Shown one piece after another: positions 11,833-26,748 of a stretch of 64,000 nucleotides of DNA; within the stretch, counting starts at the first letter, position 1, and every line of letters begins with the position of its first letter. The stretch lies in the NCBI GenBank assembly GCA_951406725.2, contig OX597828.1, positions 42,904,001 through 42,968,000 on the forward strand. The letters run 5' to 3'. The position numbers and the translations under genes are program-made. The DNA is from Octopus vulgaris. Taxonomy: Eukaryota. The notes beneath the pieces are model-generated. The model was not told where the DNA came from. It made no database searches and saw only the letters and a list, made by a program, of their open reading frames with translations.

Positions 11833-11989
11833 CCTATCTCTCTCTCTCTCTTTCTCGCTCTCTCTCTCTCTCTCTATCTATCTATCAATCCATGTATTTA
11901 TGTATGTATGTATGTATGTATGTATGTATGTATGTATCTATCTATCTATCTCTTCATCTCTTTTCGACGAGCAGCGTGCTCTGCTGCAT

Positions 11990-12058
<69 letters not shown>

Positions 12059-12997
12059 CACATCACTGTATGATACGTTCTACCGATTACAACCCCTTCC
12101 AACAAGTCATATATTTTACCAGATATAGCAGCCAAATCTCTCTGAATCTCCACTCTACTCCCTTAAGTAACTGTCCCTGATTTAGGCGTAAGACTCATAG
12201 TTAGTGGGGAATTCGTGGTTACCACCAAACACAATATTTGATTCATATTTTAATGGGTTGACCCTGGAAGGAAGAAAGATAAATTTGATCTCAGTGGGAT
12301 GTGAACTCAGAACATAAAGAACCTCAGGTGATGCTGTTATGCATTGTGTAGATGAGCCTCTCTAAGATCTAGTCAATTACATCGACCCCTGGTACTTATT
12401 TCATCGACCCTGAAAGTATGAAAGACAAAGTCAACCTCAGCGGGATTTGAACTCAGAATGTAAAGACGGACAAAAATGCTGTTAAGCATTTTGTTCGGTG
12501 TGGTTACAATTGTTTATCCTGTCTTCAGTAATGAAACGACATATTTGATAATGCTGTCTTAAATTCTTCTAAAAAATGGAATGGTCGTGGCTGGAATGCC
12601 TTTCACGCTAGCTGTTTTCGATCAAATAACTTGCTTTGGATTAAACAATGACGATAGCATCGACAACAACTATGTAACAGCCATGTACAATTCGTCCCAC
12701 GATGAGGCATTTCACATAACTCGATCCCATAACATCAGCCACCAAATTTCAGGCATCATGCCAATATTAATAATTAACAATTACTACATTACTTTAGGCA
12801 AATTACATTCTATGCTCGCAACAATTTTCTTTCATGCGTTGGTTGCCAAAGAAGATGTAAGCAGTAACAACAGAATGCAAATTAAGATTTGGCTACAGTT
12901 TCTGAAGGGGCGAGGTTTCCCCGGTTAGCTTGATGTGCTATGATTCGTAGCATAAATACATGACCATGAGTTTCCTGGAAAAGACCAATCAATTACA

Positions 12998-13544
12998 TTG
13001 GGTTGTCCGGAAAGTTCGTGCCGATTTATAACAGCTTACCTTTCGACTTATTTTAGAACATGGTTGAGTCCGTAAAATATGATTTGACTACACCTCCATT
13101 TAGAGCACAGTTTAAGCAATCTTTTCGTGGAAGAAGGTTTATGTTCCTTTAACCTGTGTTAATTCTGTGACCTTTTAAAATGGAAGATAAGAAAGTTCAT
13201 TTTCGGCACTTGATGCTTTGGGAACCAGACAAAAATTGCTGTTACCCCAGCCTCCATATTCACCAGATGTTGCTCTTTCGGATTTCCACTTATTCAGGTC
13301 TCTGCAGAATAGTCTTAATGGTAAAAATTTCAATTCTTTGAATGACGTAAAAACATACCTTGATGAATTCTTTGCCATGAAACCCCTCTATTCTGGGAAG
13401 AAGGTATTTTCAAGTTAAAGGAAAGATGGAGACGCATTGTGCAACAAAATGGTTCATAATTGGTTGATTAAAAATATAATGGGAAGTATTTATTGACCTT
13501 CTTCTTTCCTATAAAAATCGGCACGAACTTCCCGGACAACCCAA
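12998..13544 (+). mobile_element. Internally deleted mariner element with both TIRs
   Basis: TIRs TTGGGTTGTCCGGAAAGTTCGTGCCGATTT and AAATCGGCACGAACTTCCCGGACAACCCAA followed by TA. N-terminus MEDKKVHFRHLMLW is fused to C-terminal LPQPPYSPDVALSDFHLFRSLQNSLNGKNF...ERWRRIVQQNG. Confidence 0.95.
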
Positions 13545-13728
13545 TAGTATTTCTCTGTACTTTATTGGTATTTCAGAGTCCCCGGGAAGATGACAGGTAA
13601 AATTGTGATTTAAGTGACACAATTTTAAGGGACACAATGATAAACAATGGAACACTTTAATCCCTAATCTTCGAGCCTGACATCTATCATTCTCTTCGCA
13701 AAGTGTAAGCAGGTGGGGGATATACTAA

Positions 13729-14100
13729 GTTTGAATTAATGACTGATACACTAATGTTGGATAAATGACTAATGTAATAAATTATGTACTAACGTTGGAT
13801 TAATGACCAATACAGCAGCATTGAATTAATGACTGATGAAGTAAGGTTGAATGATCAACAATAAGGTATGGTTGGATTGATGACTAAGGTTTTAAGATTG
13901 AATTAATGTCTGATGTAGTAAGATCGGATTGAAGACGAATGTATTACATATGGATTAGTGGCTAATGCGTTATGGCTGCGTTAATGATTGTTGTAATAAG
14001 GTTGGATTAATGGCAGATGCAGTAACGTTGAGCAATTGACTGATGCAGGAACACCAAACGCTGGATGAATGATTGATGCAATATTGGATTAAAGACTGGT
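13729..14100. repeat. Old degenerate ~26-bp minisatellite
   Basis: Consensus about GTTGGATTAATGACTGATGCAGTAA(C/G), roughly 13-14 diverged units. Confidence 0.75.
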
Positions 14101-14445
14101 GTCTTTCCCCAACAAAAGTATTTCTTGGTGTTAGTTTAGTGAAACCAATGTTATTTATACACTTAATGTATTGGATTCATTTCATTGATGGACTTGACCC
14201 TCCACAAGGGAACAAACATCACAAGTAAACTGAAGGACAAAATAGGCTTCTGGATTTGGTTTTCCGGTAGGATAACCACAACTGGTCCCAAATGCCTCGT
14301 ACCTATATAAGGCCTCGTATCTTCTAGACGAGGGGAACGGTTATATATGTTGATGAATTTTTTTCTCAATCAGATCTTTTTCGACCACGTTCCCTGCGGA
14401 GTTTGAATTCAAAGCGTAAAGACGGTCTAGGATAATAAGATATAT

Positions 14446-14604
14446 TGGCTGTGTGGTAAGTAACTTGCTTACCAACCACATGGTTCCGGGTTCAGTCCCA
14501 CTGCGTGGCACTTTGGGCAAGTATCTTCTACTATAGCTTCGAGCTGACCAAAGCCTTGTGAGTGGATTTGGTTGACGGAAACTGAAAGAAGCCTGTCGTA
14601 TATG

Positions 14605-14656
<52 letters not shown>

Positions 14657-14922
14657 CACACATATGTGTGTGTATGTGTTTGTGTGTGTGTGTGTCTGTA
14701 TGTTTGTGTTTCTGTGTTTGTCCCTCCAGCATCGCTTGACAACCGATGGTGGTGTGTTTACGTCCTCGTAACTTAGCGGTTCAGCAAAAGAGACCGATAG
14801 AATAAGTACTAGGCTTACTAAGAATAAGTGCTGGGGTCGATTTACTCGACTAAAGGCGGTGCTCCATCATGGCCACAGTGAAATGACTGAAACAAGTAAA
14901 AGAGTAAAGAGAGTTAAAGAGT
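14446..14922 (+). mobile_element. SINE family B (CORE-like, internal microsatellite, CR1-like tail)
   Basis: tRNA-like head, CORE-like CTTTGGGCAAGT, internal (TA)n(TG)n, tail GGCGGTGCTCC..CATGGCCACAGTGAAATGACTGAAACAAGTAAAAGAG. Confidence 0.9.
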
Positions 14923-14923
14923 A

Positions 14924-14975
<52 letters not shown>

Positions 14976-14977
14976 GA

Positions 14978-15021
<44 letters not shown>

Positions 15022-15038
15022 AAGACAGACAGACAGAC

Positions 15039-15101
<63 letters not shown>

Positions 15102-15289
15102 TAGATAGATAGATAGAGTGAATGAGAGACTGAGTGAGAGAGAAAGTGAGTGGGAGAAAGAGAGCACACGTATGCAGACGCATACATACATCTGTGTATA
15201 CATGTGTGAGTACGCATGTCTGTATATGTGGGTATGTAAGTGTGTGTGTGTGTGTGTACTGATGTTTTATTCTCTAGACACTGGAGTTA

Positions 15290-15490
15290 TGAAAGGTATT
15301 GTGTTCATCCCTGCGCAGGGAGTCGGAATAACTACCGCAAGGTAAGTCGTTCCACGCTCTAACGAGTCCGTCAATTCTCCACCCCGCTTCTACCACATAG
15401 AAGCTCCCACAACGTCTTTAGACACAGGGATGGAGAATTTGGGTGGATTTATATGCGAGTTGTAGGAGTGTTTAGTTAGAGGGCTAGTTG
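15290..15490 (-). pseudogene. Possible decayed LINE ORF2 C-terminal fragment
   Basis: Minus strand reads LVRAWNDLP, a WNxLP motif typical of CR1/L2/Jockey ORF2 ends. The match is short. Confidence 0.3.
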
Positions 15491-15925
15491 CGATTCACTT
15501 TGTGTGCCGTACTTTGTTTTCTCGAACGTAAGAACCAAACAAGAAAGGTGTTAAAACAACAAAAATCAAAACGAGCCCCTGAGCATTTCAAGGCTGAGTG
15601 ATATCGTAACAGTTATACCACCTTCAGAAAGGCATATAAGACATATGTATGTGCGTGCGTGCGTGTATGTGTGTGTGTATGTGTGTTTGCATGTATTTTT
15701 GCGTGCGTGTGTGTGTGTGTATATAAATGTGTGTATATATATATCTACATATACATACATATATATACATACATATAGACATGAATATACAAGAGGTGCA
15801 AATGAGAGTAGCTATATCAAACTCCATTCTTCACCAAGTGACACATATTAGACGAGGTTCGTCGTAATAACAGTGTAGCACAAAATGGCGGTGCATCAGC
15901 ATGGCCGCAGCTCTGAGCTGAAACT

Positions 15926-16010
<85 letters not shown>

Positions 16011-16790
16011 GCCGACATATATGCATAAATATACACATGCATATATAGATACATACACACCTACATACATACATATATGTATGCATATATATATATATAT
16101 GCGCGCATGTGTGTGTGTGTGTGTGTATCACAAAAGTCGTTTTAACCTTAGTATCAGGTTTAAGTATCTCTTATTATTAATATCTCACTGAAAAATAATG
16201 CTTGGGAACAAATCATACGGAGAAATGTGAGATGAGAAAATTGTTTAAAAGATCGCGCAGAGAAGAATATCTAAAAATTAATATTTCATAATTAATCTTG
16301 AAACGCTACACTTTCGTAGAAGACCAACTTTAATGAGATTTTTCAGAATTCATAAAAAAAAAAAACACGTTCATCACGTGATATATGCAAAAAATAAGCT
16401 GAAACAGTCGAAAACAAACTCCTGACTTTGTTCCTGAAAACAGTAGCTGAAAACAGAAGCCTATTTGTCACACAATATTTCATAATTATTGAAATAGCGC
16501 ACAGATATAACGTAACAGTTACAATTAAGTTATAAGCAACGGCGTGCGTCATAGAGCAGAACTGAACGATACAGTCTCACATATCACTGTTATATTCATA
16601 ATCTAAGTTAGGTACTTGCTTTTAGTTTTGGCACGAGGTTATGCATTTGCAGACGAGTGTTATAGTTAATTTAATCGACCCAGTATGTTACAGGTATTTC
16701 TTTTATTGAGAGTGGAGTAGCTAAAATATTAGTTAAAACCCTTGTGGAAATTGAATTTAGGTTGGAAAAAAAAAAGCGAAACACACCAGT

Positions 16791-17624
16791 TGTCCGTAGA
16801 GGCATAGATCGGAGATTATTCCTGTCCAGACTGATACATTACGCAACGCAGCAAAGGCAGTGTAACATGTCGAAACTGTGATACTGCACTATATAGTGTG
16901 GCGAGTATCACTTTAGCCACAGTGATAACATGTCCAAAATGCTACTCTGTACAGCATTCGGTAGGCGAATGCACCTGTTCAGACTGTCACACTGCCACAT
17001 GGAGTCCAACATACGTTCGTAGTTATTTCTATTGTTGCGGTGGTGTGGCGGTGGTTTAATTCTAGATCAGTCATGAAATATCTATGGCAAAATATATTGT
17101 AGGATATGACAATTAAGATGATTTTTTATTATCTCAAGTGTTTTTCACCTATTTCTCGAAGGCCAGAAAATTTTCTCGCCAATCCTTTGTCTGTCCTTGT
17201 TTGTCCCCTCTATGTTTAGTCCCTTGTGGGCAATAACGAAATAAGAAATTTTCTCGTCAGCACGTCATGCATTGGTTAATAGTATAATGAGACCAGGTGA
17301 CATTTTGGACAAGTATTCTCTTCACTATATATGGTGCAATCTGACAGTTTGACAAAATGGAAGTGTAATATTCTCCCAATTGGATGTTGCGGAGTGTGAC
17401 AGTTTGGACATTTATTAACAGTGTGACATTCTGAACAGGTGCATTCGCCAACCGAATGCTGTACAGAGTAGCATTTTGGACATGTTATCACTGTGGCTAA
17501 AGTGACACTCGCCCCACACTGTATAGTGCAGTATCACAGTTTCGACATGTCACACTGCCTTTGCTGTGTTGCGTAAGGTATCAGTCTGGACACGAATAAT
17601 CTCCGAACTATGCCTCTACGGACA
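16791..17624. repeat. ~205-bp inverted repeat (16791-16994 vs 17419-17624), high identity
   Basis: TGTCCGTAGAGGCATAG...TGTCACACTG is the reverse complement of CAGTGTGACA...CTATGCCTCTACGGACA, with scattered mismatches. Confidence 0.92.
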
Positions 17625-17910
17625 TGTTATATTGTTGCCATTCTGTTATGTAGAGTGACAGTTTAGACATATGAGACTAACTCTGCCGTGTGTTGTGCAA
17701 TTTGACAGTCTGGACATGAATAATCTCTACTGTCAGTGTGGCAGTTTGGATATGTCATACTCACTCCACTCTACGTCGTGCTGTGTGACAGTTTGGACTC
17801 GTTATACTGTCTCTGATGTATGTTGTACAATGTAACTGTCTGGACTTGAATTATCTCCTTTTAATGTTGTGGAGTGTTACAGAGTAGACATGTACTCTCT
17901 CCTCTGTATA
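17295..17910. repeat. Degenerate ~45-47-bp minisatellite with core TGACAGTTTGGACA
   Basis: About 13 recurrences of the core separated by diverged ~30-nt segments. Confidence 0.75.
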
Positions 17911-17992
17911 ATCTTTTCTTGTAAGGCATGTTTTATTTACTGTTTATTTAAGATGGGATGGGCAGCATCTGCAGCAGTTATTATCATCATCA

Positions 17993-18051
<59 letters not shown>

Positions 18052-18088
18052 ATTATTATTATTGTTGTTGCTGTTGTTGTTGTTGTTA

Positions 18089-18158
<70 letters not shown>

Positions 18159-18430
18159 GGCGGCGAGCTGGCAGAATCGTTAGTACGCCGGGCGAAAATG
18201 CTCAGCGGTATTTCGTCTGCCGCTACGTTCTGAGTTCAAAATTCCGCCGAGGTCGACTTTGCCTTTCATCCTTTCGGTGTCGATTAAAGAAGTACCAGTT
18301 ACGCACTGGGGGTCGATATAATCGACTTAATCCGTTTGTCTGTCCTTGTTTGTCCTCTCTGTATTGAGCCCCTTGTGGGTAGTAAAGAAATAGGTATTTC
18401 GCCCTTCGCTGCGTTCTGAGTTCAAATTCC
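18159..18430 (+). mobile_element. SINE family A, full monomer plus start of a second unit
   Basis: GGCGGCGAGCTGGCAGAATCGTTAG head, B box GAGTTCAAATTCC, centre GACTTTGCCTTTCATCCTTTCGG, tail ...TAAAGAAATA rejoining GGTATTTCG. Confidence 0.92.
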
Positions 18431-18637
18431 TCTGAGTTACTCCTTCACTGGCTTAGATTCGCCTTCGTTGGTACATATGCACCTTCGTTCGTTGTTGGGT
18501 GTGTGCCAATAGCTTTATAGTGTTGGAGACAAAGGAATTGGTTTATGGGAGTCATATTTGCTTGTGTAAAACAGAGTATAGCGTGTGTGTGTGTGTGTGT
18601 GTGTGTGAGGACAACAAAGTTTTTGATGATACTGTTG

Positions 18638-18676
<39 letters not shown>

Positions 18677-18748
18677 ATGGTGATGCCGACGATGAAAGCG
18701 ATGACGATGATGGCAACAACGACGATAATGTTGTTGATGCTGCAGCTA

Positions 18749-18826
<78 letters not shown>

Positions 18827-19303
18827 TCTAAGTCTATATTTGTCTGGAATGTTGTATGCACAGACACGGCAAAAGCAATCATACACTTAACAATTGATTA
18901 ACACTCGCTATATGCACATACACACACATACACACACATACACACATACGCACACATGCACACATACACACACATACACACACATACACATACACATACA
19001 CACATACAGACTATATATATATATATACAAACACACAGAGAGATAGTCTAAAGTACATACATGAAAACATGTATAACCACACACACACACATACGCACAT
19101 GTATATAGATACACATGCATACACGTTCTAACATATGCACACGCACATATATTGTAGCTATTTATATATATATATATATATTTTTATGTCTGCATACATA
19201 CAAACATACATACACACGCACATATATCTGTATGTATGTATATATGTGTGCGTATGCATATATATACGTACGTATGTATATACATATATATATATATAAT
19301 GTT

Positions 19304-19365
<62 letters not shown>

Positions 19366-20369
19366 TATACACACACATAGACACATAAACACGCGCATAC
19401 ATATACACATATGTGTATATTGCAATGCACCGTTATTTCTTGTGTCCACACACTTTGAATATATAATCGATCGGACAAAATACCCAATCAACTTCACGGT
19501 TCAATGAATCACCTACAGTCAGACAGTACAGAACTGTTTTTATCAATAGATACAGGTGTAAATTATTTAGAACAGGTAAACGGTCTCTCTGCTTCCCTCT
19601 GCCTCACCCTCTTCCTCTACCCCTCTCTCTTTCTCTCTCCACTCCTGATCTCTGCCTCTCTTATGTTTCTACTTTCACTTTCTCCAAATGCCTTCCCCCT
19701 CTCAAACTTCCCTCCTCCTTCTCTCTCATTATCGTTATTTGTACTTCACAACACATTCCCATCTAACCTTCATTTCCTACACTATTATTCATACTTCTCT
19801 GCCTCTCTCTCTCTCTCTCACACTTACCTCTCTCTCTCACACTTACCTCTCTCTCTCACTTACCTCTCTCTCTCACTTACCTCTCTCTCTCACTCCCTCT
19901 CTCTGTTTCTGTTTAGTGTGTTTTCTCCTCACACCGCTCCCAGACTGCTTCCTCTTTGTTTTGCCCATCTCTCCCTTCTCCCCGTCACTCCGTCATTGTT
20001 CGTTCGTTTTATATTTTGTTCTTCTTCATTAGCTTACCTGACGTTTTATTCATTTTTTTTTCTTCTTTGTTTAGTTACCGCTCTTCACCTTTAACTTATT
20101 CTTTTATAATAATTACACTCTGATTCGTAAACATACATTTATTAATAAGTCAATATTCGGGCGCTGACTCTCCACCATCACCGCATCGCCAAACCGCGTA
20201 CATAAAGACACTGGTGCATATATGCATACAGACTTGTATGACATCCATAAGCGAAGCATTGCTAAGTGGTAAGAAGTTTCTTTTCAAAGCACATTGATTT
20301 AAGTTCAATCCCAGTACGTAGTATCTTGGCTAATGGTATATATCATTATCATTATTGTTATTATTATAA

Positions 20370-20992
20370 AGACGGCGAAAGATGGCGAGCTGGCAGAAAC
20401 GTTAGCACGCTGGACGAAATGCTTAGCGGTATTTTGTCAGCCGTTACGTTCTGAGTTCAAATTCCGCCGAGATCAACTTTGCCTTTCATCCTTTCAGGGT
20501 CGATAAATTAAGTACCAGTTACGCACTGGGGTCGGTGTAATCGACTTAATACGTTTGTCTGTCCTTGTTTGCCTCCTCTGTGTTTAGCCCCTTGTGGGTA
20601 ATAAAGAAATAGGTATTTCGTCTGCCGTTACGTTCTGACAAACAAGGACAGACAAACGAATTAAGTCAATTAAATCGACCCCAGTGCGTAACTGGTACTT
20701 AAGGATGAAAGGCAAAGTCGACCTCGGCGGAATTTGAACTCAGAACGTAGCCGCAGACGAAATACCTATTTCTTTACTACTCACAAGGGGTTAAACACAG
20801 AGAGGACAAACAAGTACAGATAAAACGGATTAAGTCGATTATATCGACCCCAGTGCGTAACTGGTACTTATTTATCGACCCCGAAAGGATGAAAGGCAAA
20901 GTCGACCTCGGCGGAATTTGAACGCAACGGCAGATGAAATACGGTTACGCATTTCGCCCGGCGTGCTAACGTTTCTGCCAGCTCGCCGTCTT
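20370..20992. mobile_element. Tail-to-tail cluster of SINE A copies (+ at 20370-20637, - dimer at 20637-20992)
   Basis: Outer ends GGCGAGCTGGCAGAAACGTTAGCACG and CGTGCTAACGTTTCTGCCAGCTCGCC are reverse complements. Confidence 0.9.
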
Positions 20993-21223
20993 CATGCGTC
21001 AGAATTAATATTATTAGTATTTGCGCAGTTGCTGAAGAGAGCATTGATGAATCGTTATGTTGTTACGTCATAATCTTAGCTACATCATCTTTTTTATTCC
21101 CACCAAGATTTCTTTTAAAGTCCACCTCAAAAACAAACTCGAATTTCCTTTTTATTTTACATGATTCAATGTAATACGTAGAATGTGTGTAAAACGTTAA
21201 CCATAAAATATGAAATAAATGCA

Positions 21224-21328
<105 letters not shown>

Positions 21329-22198
21329 GTCTATCTATCTGTCTATCTATTCTTTGGTTCCTTGCATGGAGGCGTCCCCTGTCGAGGTGCCGTATGGTCG
21401 AAATCATTATCTTCATTGATCACCAGCGGACAAGCGCAATAACTCTAGAAATCTTCTTTTGTTTTCTTTGGTTCTTCCTTCCTTCCTTCCTTCCTTCTTT
21501 CCTTTATTTATTTGTTAATTTATTTGTTTATGTATTTGTACTTTCGTTTTTTTTGTTGTAGCTGCTAGGACATCGTCAAAACTGACGGACAGATGATCAA
21601 TATATATATATATATTTATATGTGCATATATGTACATATACATATACACATGTACACTCACACACATCCATTAGCATATATATATATATATAATATATAA
21701 GTACACACACACATATATATATATATACTCATAAATATACATTCGTGCATATGTACTTGCTTATTTGCAAGCATATCTATCATGTATATGTGTGTGTTGT
21801 GCATGTGTGTGACTAACAAGGAAAAACAATAAGATCGTAGCCGGTTTCATTGATAAATTGTTGATGGAATACAAGCATTCAATGCTGATACTCAATAGCC
21901 TATACTAAACTCAACTTCTCCACACATAATAATCTTCACGTCATGCGTTCTTATGAGACGTTCCGTTTAGACGAGGGACTTCTTTATTCTTTATAGCGAA
22001 TCAAAATATAGCCTCGCTTTAAACGTCTCCATGCCGCCGGCGCTTAACTTGAACAACGGTAAATATCCAAACGCAAAACATATATATGTGAATGGGAAAC
22101 AGCTTCCAGTGTGTACATACGTATATAAATACATACATACACACACACAACCACACACACACACATACACACACACACACACACATTCACACAGACAC

Positions 22199-22229
<31 letters not shown>

Positions 22230-22337
22230 CATATACATATATGTGTGTGTGTATGTATGTGTGTATCTTTGTATTCGCGTATGCCGATATGTGTGAATAT
22301 ATGCCACTCTCTCATTTAGTATACATGCATAAATACA

Positions 22338-22373
<36 letters not shown>

Positions 22374-22568
22374 TACATGCTTACATACATAAATAAACAC
22401 ATGCACACACGCGCGCGCACAGTCACATAGGCATATATATATATATATATATGAATGTATGTATGTGTCTATGTATGTATGTCTATGTATGAAGATAGAT
22501 ACATAAATAGAGGGACAAATAGCTAAGACGGAAATGTGCCCACATTGAAAAAACTTTTATGTATATGA

Positions 22569-22605
<37 letters not shown>

Positions 22606-22801
22606 TATATATATATATATATATATATACACATGTGTGTGTGTGTGTGTAGAAAGCGAGATAGAGAGATAGAGAGGGAGAGCGAGAGAGCAAATCAAAT
22701 ACGGATAAATAGATAGACAGACTGGCAAGCAACCAGCCAGCCAGACAGACAGACACATAGATAGATAGATAGAATGATTGATCGATAAATAGATAGATTG
22801 A

Positions 22802-22836
<35 letters not shown>

Positions 22837-22901
22837 GAAGACAGATAGATAGATAGATAGATAGATAAGACAAGATAGATAAGATAGATAGATAGATAGA
22901 G

Positions 22902-22979
<78 letters not shown>

Positions 22980-23550
22980 GATTGATCGGTAGATAGATAA
23001 ACGCATTGATAAATGATAGACAAGAGCAGACACTCGCAGCACCAAAACTAGTTACTGCCACAGCCACCCGTAGCAACAACAAATGGAAGAACATCACCAT
23101 CACCGCCACAATTACCCAACCTCACTCCATCATCAGCTCTTGCACCACCACGACCACCACCATCACCAACGACAACAAAAAATTGCTATACAACATCTAC
23201 TTCATTATTATCTACTCGCAGGAGAAAAGTAAGAAAGTAAAGAATGGCTTCATCACGAAACTGCAAAGCACCAAAACAACCTCCGTTTCCAAAAGAGTTA
23301 TATACAAAGAAAGACGATTCGAAAGAACATCAACCCAACCAACTATGAAAATATTCACAATTATAAAGATATATACAAGCAAGCCGTGTCTTCATGTATG
23401 GATTATTCACAACTCCACCTCTTCTTACTTTCCCCCTCGGTCCTCCTCCATCTCATGACCACCAAATCAATGTTGAGTTGAACGAGGCGAAGAAACTTTC
23501 TCAAAATATCATTTTGGTCAGGACAATGTTCACATTTATTCATATATCTC

Positions 23551-23613
<63 letters not shown>

Positions 23614-24099
23614 TCAGTATTCTATCGGGTTGTTTCCCCCCACTCTTTATGAGTTGCTATTTGCTTATTATTTCTTTTTTCTGCATTTGTTTACTCCTGG
23701 TGATTCTTTATTTACTGCTTTGCATACACACGTGCGCACACAAACACACACACACACACAAACACACACATAAATGTATTCACACACATATATATATATC
23801 TTTATTTGTATAGTATGTACATATATATATGCAAACCAATTATATATATACACATTTACATAGACACGCACATAGACATATATACATAAATCTATCAATC
23901 TATCTATCGATCTATCGATCTATCTCTCTCTCTATATATATATCAATTTATCTATACATATACACATACATACATATATGCATACATACATACATATACA
24001 CATACATACAAAATTCATTACGCATTCAGAATAAATAGCTACAACATACAAAAATTAATAACTATAAACGAATAATAGTTATTTATCAATCTTTAAAAT

Positions 24100-24436
<337 letters not shown>

Positions 24437-24538
24437 GCATATATTATATGCAATCTATACACACATTCACAAATATAAATACATATACCTACTAAATTGC
24501 TTACATTCATACTTACATGTATATGTATCTATGTATGT

Positions 24539-24576
<38 letters not shown>

Positions 24577-25191
24577 TTATACTTATATGTATGTATATAC
24601 ATATATATATATATATTATATATATCTTCTTAATACATTGATATATTCTTTCACATGTATAACACTTTGTCTCTGTCTGTGTCTGTCTGCCTGGCTGTCT
24701 GTCTGTCTGTTTGTCTCTCTCTCTCTCTCTCACTATATATATATATATATATAAGAGTAGACGTGTGTATGTGTGTGTACAATCATAAACGAATACTCCC
24801 CCATGAACAGGCACACAAATACACACACGACACACGAGCGCTCGCATTTTCGTATCTTTACAAAGTTTCTTCCAAAGAACTCAGAGGCAACATCACTGGC
24901 AGGAGAGCGAACAAATCAAAAAATAAATAAATAAAATAATAATAATAAATATAATAGAACAAGCAACAAAAACGACGACGGGGACGACGGGGACGATGAT
25001 GACGACGACGACGACGACAGGGAATTCAACAATGACAATATCAACAATATTAATACTAATCAGAGTAACAATTCTACCCTGGGAAAAAAATAATGAAAAA
25101 AATAAATAAATAAAAAATAAAACAAATGCCCAGCAGCAAATAAAAAAAAGCATCAATGATAAAGATAAAGAATTGTGGAAATATAATTACA

Positions 25192-25292
<101 letters not shown>

Positions 25293-25312
25293 TATATACA
25301 TACATACACACA

Positions 25313-25361
<49 letters not shown>

Positions 25362-25536
25362 GCACATACATACATTTATATATATATATATATGTATGTA
25401 TTTATGTATATATGTATGTATGTATTTATGTATGTATGTGTATGTGTACATATCTATATATATATGTGCGTGTTCATATGTATATATATATATATATGTT
25501 TGTATGTATATAAATATTTATCTATCTATCTATCTG

Positions 25537-25570
<34 letters not shown>

Positions 25571-25576
25571 TGTATG

Positions 25577-25610
<34 letters not shown>

Positions 25611-25974
25611 TACACGGCAGTGACTGAAGAATCCTTTGGAAGAATTCTTCGCTTCATCAATGCTGTATAGATTCTACTATTTTTCTTGAAGTTTAATATC
25701 GTTTCTTTAAGTTCGTCCAATGTAGCAATTATTAACTAGTTGTGCCTCACTCCATCTCTCTCATTTTCGCATTATATATATATATGTGTGTGTGTGTGTG
25801 TGAGTGTGTGTGTTATATGTGTGTCTGTGTGTGTGCTTGTCTTTGTGGTATTTCTCTCTCCGTTTCTTTAGTATTGTTTCAGGTGTAATACATATTTGAA
25901 AGGTAAGTATATATATATATAGTTACGTATGTATATGCATATGTGCGTAGATATATCTTCAAGTATGTATGTAA

Positions 25975-26008
<34 letters not shown>

Positions 26009-26189
26009 TCAAGTATGTATACATATATGTTTTTGTGTGTACCATCGTGAGACAAAACGAAACGAATGCCGAAATATTATACAACAGCAATAAGCAAACA
26101 CGAAAAATAATATAAAATAAAAATAAATGAAATAGAACCTCGAAAAATGGAGACAAAAGTATAAAGATGCAAGAAAACGATTGCAAAAT

Positions 26190-26199
26190 ATAGTAATCA

Positions 26200-26235
<36 letters not shown>

Positions 26236-26397
26236 CAGTAGCAGTAGTAGTAGTAGTAGTAATAATGATAATAATATTGATAATAACAATAATAATAATA
26301 ACAATAATAATAATAACAACAATAATAATAATAATAACAATAATAATAATAATAATAACAATAATAATAATATAATAATAATAATAATAATAATAAC

Positions 26398-26464
<67 letters not shown>

Positions 26465-26529
26465 CAATAATAATAATATAATAATAATAATAATAATATT
26501 AACAATAATAATAATATAATAATAATAAT

Positions 26530-26599
<70 letters not shown>

Positions 26600-26665
26600 T
26601 AATAATAATAATAATAATAATAACAACAATAATAATAATATAATAATAATAATAATAATATTAAC

Positions 26666-26700
<35 letters not shown>

Positions 26701-26711
26701 TGATGATGATG

Positions 26712-26748
<37 letters not shown>

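Noticed and set aside
11082-12180. Long MYVC/HTYI ORFs and all similar [12 protein letters not shown] and poly-amino-acid ORFs
   Set aside because: Stop-free translations of di-, tri- and tetranucleotide microsatellites.
14303-14313. CCTATATAAGG as a CArG or TATA promoter
   Set aside because: Seven A/T bases between CC and GG, so not a canonical CArG box, and no supporting downstream gene structure.
17276-17491. CxxCH-repeat (multiheme or zinc-finger-like) ORF
   Set aside because: It comes from the minisatellite core TGTCCAAACTGTCAC. Neighbouring units are 47 or 36 bp and contain stops, so the frame is not maintained.
21385-21420. Additional hammerhead-like CTGTCGA...GAAA
   Set aside because: Stem II is weak and no stem I pairing was found.
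23006-23458. 150-aa ORF
   Set aside because: AC-rich low-complexity composition, non-ATG start and no recognisable domain or splice context.
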